A model generated the notes under the pieces. The model made no database searches, was not told the origin of the DNA, and saw nothing but the letters and a program-made list of their open reading frames with translations. Shown piece after piece: positions 59,074 through 64,000 of a stretch of DNA of 64,000 nt. The stretch is from Opitutales bacterium (GTDB lineage Bacteria; Verrucomicrobiota; Verrucomicrobiia; Opitutales; UBA953), in the NCBI GenBank assembly GCA_040398005.1, contig JBBAUX010000007.1:35621-99620 (forward strand), given 5' to 3'. Each line of letters opens with the position of its first letter. Positions within the stretch are counted from its first letter, which is position 1. The translations under genes were made by a program, and so were the position numbers.

Positions 59074-59568
59074 GTGGAGATTGAAAAACCCCATCAGACT
59101 TTACAGGGTCTTGCTGTGGGAAATGTTTATCTAGGCATCGACTATGGAAGCAAACGCATTGGCCTGAGCTATGCGGACGATCTCGGCATGGCGTTTCCAC
59201 TTCCCGCCGCCATCGACGAAGAACTGGCTGCACGGTTCGAACACATCCATCGCGAAATCACCCGACTCCGCGTCACCCACTTAATCCTCGGCTATCCCCT
59301 CTCCCTCGAAGGCGAGAAAACGAAGAAGTGTTACGAGGTGGATGACTTTTCCGAAGAACTCAAAAAACGTTTCAACCTGCCGATTGAACTCATTGATGAG
59401 GGTCTGACCAGTCAGGCCGCCGACAGCATCAATCATCACAAAAAACCAAAGAACGCTCACGAACGCACCCAACAACGTAAATCGGGTGAACGTGATTCGC
59501 GCGCTGCAGCGATTTTACTGCAGGACTATCTTAACAGTAAAGGAATTGGACAAAGCACCGATCTATGA
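59074..59568 (+). CDS. ruvX: YqgF/RuvX nuclease
   Basis: LGIDYGSKRIG, GYP, DE.LTS and DS.AA.ILLQ.YL. Confidence 0.92.
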   Translation: MEIEKPHQTLQGLAVGNVYLGIDYGSKRIGLSYADDLGMAFPLPAAIDEELAARFEHIHREITRLRVTHLILGYPLSLEGEKTKKCYEVDDFSEELKKRFNLPIELIDEGLTSQAADSINHHKKPKNAHERTQQRKSGERDSRAAAILLQDYLNSKGIGQSTDL

Positions 59569-60356
59569 AAACAGGTAAGACAGATTTAACTGAAGAAAGA
59601 TTTTTAGTGACCGTTGCTTACGATGGTTCGGACTATATGGGCTGGCAGATTCAAAATAATGCACACACCGTCGAAGGTGAAATTCGTGCTCGTCTGTCCC
59701 GTATCTTTAAAAAGCCGGTCGTCATTCATGGAAGCGGAAGAACCGACGCTGGTGTGCATAGTGTCGGACAAACTTTTCACTTCGATGCTTTCTGGCGTCA
59801 CTCCACCTCCAAACTTAAAGACGCACTCAACACGGGCGAACAGGCAGGAATATTGGTCACCCGAATCCAACGCGTTCATAGTAAGTTTCACGCCCGCTAT
59901 TCTTCCAAAGGTAAGCGCTATCGTTATGAAATAAATGTAGGTTATTCATTACCTTGGAAGGCACGTTACTCGCTCGGACGCGATTGGGATAAGCTCGATG
60001 TGAAGGCCATGCGTCGGGCCGCTAAACTGATCATGGGTAAGCATGATTTCCGTGCGTTCGGCGCGACCCACAGTCAGGGCATGGAGAACGAACACCCCGT
60101 TAAAGATCTCCGTCGTCTCAGTATTATTTCAAAAGCCAAACGTATCACTGTCATTACCGAAGCGAATGGCTATTTATATAAGATGGTTCGGCGACTGGTG
60201 GGCGGACTGCTTCGAGTGGGTGAAGGTAAAATGACACCCGAGCGTCTTCTCGCCTATCGCGAAGAAAAAACGATTACGTCCGAAGTTCCCACGGCGCCGG
60301 CCCGAGGTCTTTTCATGGATAAAGTATTTTACGACCCCAAGAGTCTTAAAAAATGA
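59565..60356 (+). CDS. truA: tRNA pseudouridine(38-40) synthase
   Basis: AYDG..Y.GWQ, GRTDAGVH, FHAR, Y.Y, G.HDF.AF, LYKMVR and APA.GL. Confidence 0.96.
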   Translation: MKTGKTDLTEERFLVTVAYDGSDYMGWQIQNNAHTVEGEIRARLSRIFKKPVVIHGSGRTDAGVHSVGQTFHFDAFWRHSTSKLKDALNTGEQAGILVTRIQRVHSKFHARYSSKGKRYRYEINVGYSLPWKARYSLGRDWDKLDVKAMRRAAKLIMGKHDFRAFGATHSQGMENEHPVKDLRRLSIISKAKRITVITEANGYLYKMVRRLVGGLLRVGEGKMTPERLLAYREEKTITSEVPTAPARGLFMDKVFYDPKSLKK

Positions 60357-61507
60357 GAAAAATATTACTAAATATATTTTATACCTTTTTAATCACCGGC
60401 TCCGCACTGGCGCATCCGGATTGGAAAGAGGCCTCCTGTATTGGCATTATTGATGACAAGAACCATTTAACGCTGAGTATTAAATTCGATGTGCCTGCCT
60501 ATTATTTAGGCAAATCATCGCAAGCCGCAGGAGTCGAGGAACTCGACGACTTCATGTTTAATCGTCAGCTCTTAATCCAACGCTCCGAAGAGAAAAAAGA
60601 AAAGTTTCTTCAAGATCTACTCATCCGTGCTGACCGAGAAATTATCACTAAGAAATTAATTAGCTTCCCGTCAGGTGTGGAAGTCAAAGAACGCTCCAAA
60701 CAACAAGGTGAAGCAGCCCGCTACCCTGTTTTGTATACCGTTGTCTTTTCTGCCGATTTACCGACAGACGCTCGAGAAGTTGAAATCAGTTTTCCATCCG
60801 AATTAGGAATCGTTTTTACAAACTTAAGAAAGGAAATGACGTATCAGGTCGTTGTCGGTGTTGAACCAGGCAAAACTGCAGAATTAGTCATCAGCGACAA
60901 ATTACCTCCCAGCGCTTGGGATAAAATTGCCCAATCCACCAATCGCCTGATGTCATTCATGCGTGAAGGCTTTGATCACGTTATTCCGTCTGGCTGGGAC
61001 CATTGCCTGTTTATGTTGGCGATGTTTCTCGGCGCGGCCTCAGTCTCACAAGCACTCAAACGTTCGCTCATATTCACGCTCGGACACAGTATAACACTCA
61101 GTCTGGTGGTCTTGGGGCTTCTTCCACGCATCAGCGGGTGGATTGAACCTGTCATTGCCTTCACCATCGGTGTGGGAGCTGTTTTAGCCTATTGGGGCAA
61201 GGCCTCCAACCGTCAGATGCTTAGTGTGCCGTTCTTCTTTGGACTCATTCACGGACTCGGCTTTGCCGCAGCGGTAACGGATAATCTCAAGGACTGGGAT
61301 AAATCTAATATCCTCTCCATCCTCGTTGGTTTTAATCTCGGGGTAGAATCCGCTCAAGCCTCAGTGATTTTCGCATCAGCCATCATCATCGCCTTACTCG
61401 TAAAAGTAAAAGTCGATGAATCCAAACTCCGCAAAGCACTCTGCCTCTCTGTCGCAGTCGCCGGCTTCAGTGTGATGGTGATGAGAATTTGGGATCTACT
61501 GAGCTGA
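60353..61507 (+). CDS. HupE/UreJ family membrane protein with N-terminal periplasmic domain
   Basis: Signal ending ALAH, GF.H..P.G.DH.LF, FTLGHSITL, FGLIHGLGFA and GFNLGVE. Confidence 0.88.
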   Translation: MRKILLNIFYTFLITGSALAHPDWKEASCIGIIDDKNHLTLSIKFDVPAYYLGKSSQAAGVEELDDFMFNRQLLIQRSEEKKEKFLQDLLIRADREIITKKLISFPSGVEVKERSKQQGEAARYPVLYTVVFSADLPTDAREVEISFPSELGIVFTNLRKEMTYQVVVGVEPGKTAELVISDKLPPSAWDKIAQSTNRLMSFMREGFDHVIPSGWDHCLFMLAMFLGAASVSQALKRSLIFTLGHSITLSLVVLGLLPRISGWIEPVIAFTIGVGAVLAYWGKASNRQMLSVPFFFGLIHGLGFAAAVTDNLKDWDKSNILSILVGFNLGVESAQASVIFASAIIIALLVKVKVDESKLRKALCLSVAVAGFSVMVMRIWDLLS

Positions 61508-61509
61508 GA

Positions 61510-61785
61510 CTATAGCTTCAGTCCTAATTCTTGGCAGACATCGGGGCGCTTCTTCGCTTTTGCGATGAACTCATCCACGCCGAAGTCAGCCACGACGAAG
61601 TCACCGTGTTTAAATGAAGGACATTTGGACTGTCCGGTGAGCGCGACCATTTGACGCATCTCATGCATGTTTGCGATGACGTCACGGACATCGACCTTCA
61701 CACCTTGCTGTGCAAACCACTCGAGCGCTTTCACACACCATGGGCAACCAGGTTTAACATAAAGAATGGGTAAAGGTTTCGACAT
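61510..61785 (-). CDS. Glutaredoxin family protein
   Basis: Y.KPGCPWC active site and TGQ..CP. Confidence 0.88.
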   Translation of the reverse strand: MSKPLPILYVKPGCPWCVKALEWFAQQGVKVDVRDVIANMHEMRQMVALTGQSKCPSFKHGDFVVADFGVDEFIAKAKKRPDVCQELGLKL

Positions 61786-61825
61786 ATCAGAAGACTACAC
61801 CAAATGACTACTCACGGCTATTCAA

Positions 61826-62266
61826 TTATTTCTTGGGATAGACTCTCGGCAAGTAGGGCTGGACGGAATCCTTAAAACTCGGAACTACCTTAATAATCGC
61901 CTCATCATGTCTGGTAAACTCTTTCGAATAGACCAACAAAAGTTCGTCGTCCTTATAATAAAAAAGCGCGACCTGTTTGTACTTAACGGCCAAGTCCCAC
62001 GCGGGTTTTAAATCCATCACCACCGCCCAACCTTCTTCATACGTATCGAGATCCTTGGAGTATCCAGATATGCGGTGGATGCGATAACCGCCCTTTCTCA
62101 ATTCGGCTTCAAGCTGTCGATCCGCATCGATGTTTTGGGCAAGCGTCCAGGTTTCACCCGTCGTGGCATACGCCGTAAGAATCGCAAAACTCTTCGGCCA
62201 GTCTTTCGGAAAATTTTGGTATTCAAAAACCGTGCTCTTATATTCTTCTTCGTAGGGGTAAGGCAT
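61826..62266 (-). CDS. DUF3293-like protein
   Basis: FAILTAY...G, N..AD.QL..EL, G.S.D...EEGW and LA.KYKQ.A.F. Confidence 0.75.
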   Translation of the reverse strand: MPYPYEEEYKSTVFEYQNFPKDWPKSFAILTAYATTGETWTLAQNIDADRQLEAELRKGGYRIHRISGYSKDLDTYEEGWAVVMDLKPAWDLAVKYKQVALFYYKDDELLLVYSKEFTRHDEAIIKVVPSFKDSVQPYLPRVYPKK

Positions 62267-62348
62267 TATTAAATAATAGTAGAATTCAAACTAGCGAACG
62301 TCACTTATTTTGCAACTTTATGACACACCACTGTGTTAAACTGAGTGT

Positions 62349-63413
62349 ATGAGACTTTTGCCCTTAAGCCTATCCCTCGTTCTAGTCTCAGAATTACATG
62401 CCCACGGCCTGGCGCCCTCCAAGCATGCGGAGATGGGTGCGTCGATGAGTTGGTTGATTAGTCCGATACTTTTAAGCAGTACCACCACTCCGGCCTCACC
62501 TTCAACGTTCACGGGCAAAGATTTCATAACCAGTGTGTTTAAGACCACGGCACGCGTTAAGGTGTCATCCAATGATAAATATCTTTTAGTAGGGTCCGAT
62601 GGTTTTCCCGATCACCCGATGATGATTGGTATCACTAATTGGCAGCAACAAGTTCCCCTACCCCAGGCGTACACTGGCACCAATCTTTGGATGATTCCTT
62701 TGAATCCGGTGAAGGCCGATAAACCGACTTTGATTAAAGGAAGATTTTTACGTGGAGCGATTGCCTTAGCGGCGAATGGAATCGCGATTTTCAATCCGCA
62801 AAATAATCGTGGTGAAGTAGCACAAGATATTGGTGAGCTCGACAAATGGGGTGGGCACTGTGGTCGCGCGGATGATTATCACTACCACATTATTCCCCTT
62901 CACTTACAGAGTGTCGTCGGTAAAGGAAATCCGGTTGCCTATGCGCTTGATGGTTATCCTATTTATGGAGCGACTGAGCCTGATGGTTCGACCTTAAAGA
63001 AATTAGATGAGTGCGGTGGGCACGAGGATGCTAAGTATGATTATCACTATCATGGATTAGCGAAGTCACCTTATACCTTCACCGGATTTCACGGAACGGT
63101 TACAGAGGTGAGCGGTCAGGTCGATCCACAGCCACGCGCCTCTTCACCACGTCCGGCCACGGGTCCACTCCGCGGTGCAACCATTACCGATTGGGCGATT
63201 GAAGGTGAGAATAAATACAAACTCGGCTACACTGTGAACGGAGAAAAAAGATTCATCAGTTATGTGCTTAGCGGTACGAATTTAAAAATGGATTTTGATA
63301 ATGGCAAAGAAGGTAAGACCACTGAGACTTATGATTTGAATGCCAAGCGCGGCGGTGGCGGAGATAAGCCTGGTGAGTCAGGAAAACCCCGTAAAAAGGG
63401 CCAGGGACAATAG
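62349..63413 (+). CDS. YHYH domain exported protein
   Basis: P.H.MM.GI..WQQQVP.PQ.Y, A.NG..IFNP, LD.WGGH.GR.DDYHYH, ALDG.PIYG and LDEC.GH...YHYH. Confidence 0.88.
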   Translation: MRLLPLSLSLVLVSELHAHGLAPSKHAEMGASMSWLISPILLSSTTTPASPSTFTGKDFITSVFKTTARVKVSSNDKYLLVGSDGFPDHPMMIGITNWQQQVPLPQAYTGTNLWMIPLNPVKADKPTLIKGRFLRGAIALAANGIAIFNPQNNRGEVAQDIGELDKWGGHCGRADDYHYHIIPLHLQSVVGKGNPVAYALDGYPIYGATEPDGSTLKKLDECGGHEDAKYDYHYHGLAKSPYTFTGFHGTVTEVSGQVDPQPRASSPRPATGPLRGATITDWAIEGENKYKLGYTVNGEKRFISYVLSGTNLKMDFDNGKEGKTTETYDLNAKRGGGGDKPGESGKPRKKGQGQ

Positions 63414-63463
63414 ATATATCTTTTCCTTTTCAAAACAGGTGCATTAGGTTATCCCTTCAGTAC

Positions 63464-63539
63464 GGGCCTATAGCTCAATGGTTAGAGCAGAGAACTCATA
63501 ATTCTTTGGTTCCCGGTTCAAATCCGGGTGGGCCCACCA
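63464..63539 (+). tRNA. tRNA with CAT anticodon, most likely tRNA-Ile2 (lysidine-modified)
   Basis: 76-nt cloverleaf GGGCCTA...TGGGCCCA-CCA with loop CTCATAA and GTTCAAATC T-arm. G1:C72 is paired (not an initiator); C4:G69 and C5:G68 are TilS determinants. Confidence 0.9.
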
Positions 63540-63879
63540 CTTTAAGCGCTAATAGTTAAGGACTTAAGGAAACTAAACCCCTTGCAAATAAAGGGTTAAG
63601 GCCACTTTTGGCCCGATCATGGAGTTTCCTAAGGATTTAGCACATCCTTCGACATGCTTCGTGCAGGATTAAGGCCTTATTAAGGCCACCATTTAGGGAG
63701 GCCACTCCACAAGGAATCTCTTTGAACCCCCTTTAAGCGCTCGAGGTAGGACCACCGGGGCGAAAAAACGAGAATCCTAAACACGATTTTAAGGGGTTTA
63801 GCCATAACACTAAACAGATCACTTCCTCCTGAGAAAAGTTAAGCACCCCCCCCTACATTCAGATTTACCGATAAACAAA

Positions 63880-63903
63880 AAACCCACCGATTAAAGTGGG
63901 TTT
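63880..63903. terminator. Probable terminator hairpin (U-tract on minus strand)
   Basis: AAACCCAC-cgattaaa-GTGGGTTT preceded by an A-run. Confidence 0.5.
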
Positions 63904-63923
63904 CAAAACTTGGCATCTCCGCT

Positions 63924-63955
63924 TGTCACCGTGTCACCTTGTCACCGTGTCCCCT
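63924..63955. repeat. Four tandem 8-mers TGTCACC(G/T)
   Basis: tgtcaccg tgtcacct tgtcaccg tgtcccct. Confidence 0.85.
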
Positions 63956-64000
63956 GAACTAAAATCAATTTGCCCGATCAGCGAAGCGGTCGAAGCGATT

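Noticed and set aside
63464..63539. tRNA-Met assignment from the CAT anticodon
   Set aside because: It lacks initiator features, and acceptor pairs C4:G69 and C5:G68 favour Ile2. Elongator Met is not fully excluded.
63540..64000. CRISPR array
   Set aside because: Repeats are only 8-16 nt, irregularly spaced or directly tandem, with no spacers and no cas genes.

Overview
Gene-dense bacterial core chromosome. I infer a streamlined member of Verrucomicrobiota (Opitutales-like) from a Minf_1886-type protein, a DUF5069-like protein and the overall gene set. The window holds about 58 CDS, an SRP RNA (ffs, minus strand) and a tRNA with CAT anticodon carrying Ile2 determinants. Housekeeping genes include hisC, mutS, PIN-PhoH, recR, ppk1, lpxK, panD, topB, tatA, ribE, mazG, trpC, rsmA, rimO, SNF2 helicase, sucAB-lpdA, valS, ppx, an Mla/MCE system, M16 peptidase, prfB, DsbD-like, Pal/OmpA, MoeB-rhodanese, ruvX and truA. 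No CRISPR array, transposase or phage gene is visible. Most notable observations: (1) a DsbD-like protein with permuted domain order (alpha-thioredoxin-membrane); (2) a prfB lacking the programmed +1 frameshift; (3) many operon-first genes with a TANNNT hexamer 5-7 nt before the start codon and no obvious Shine-Dalgarno, suggesting leaderless mRNAs; (4) an uncharacterised circularly permuted ATP-grasp-like ligase directly behind prfB; (5) a HAD-DciA fusion; (6) a SCO plus His-motif protein pair; (7) a Pho-box-like repeat before ppk1; (8) a repeat-rich non-coding stretch after the tRNA that may mark the edge of an integrated element. All family assignments come from recognising motifs by eye; no searches were run.
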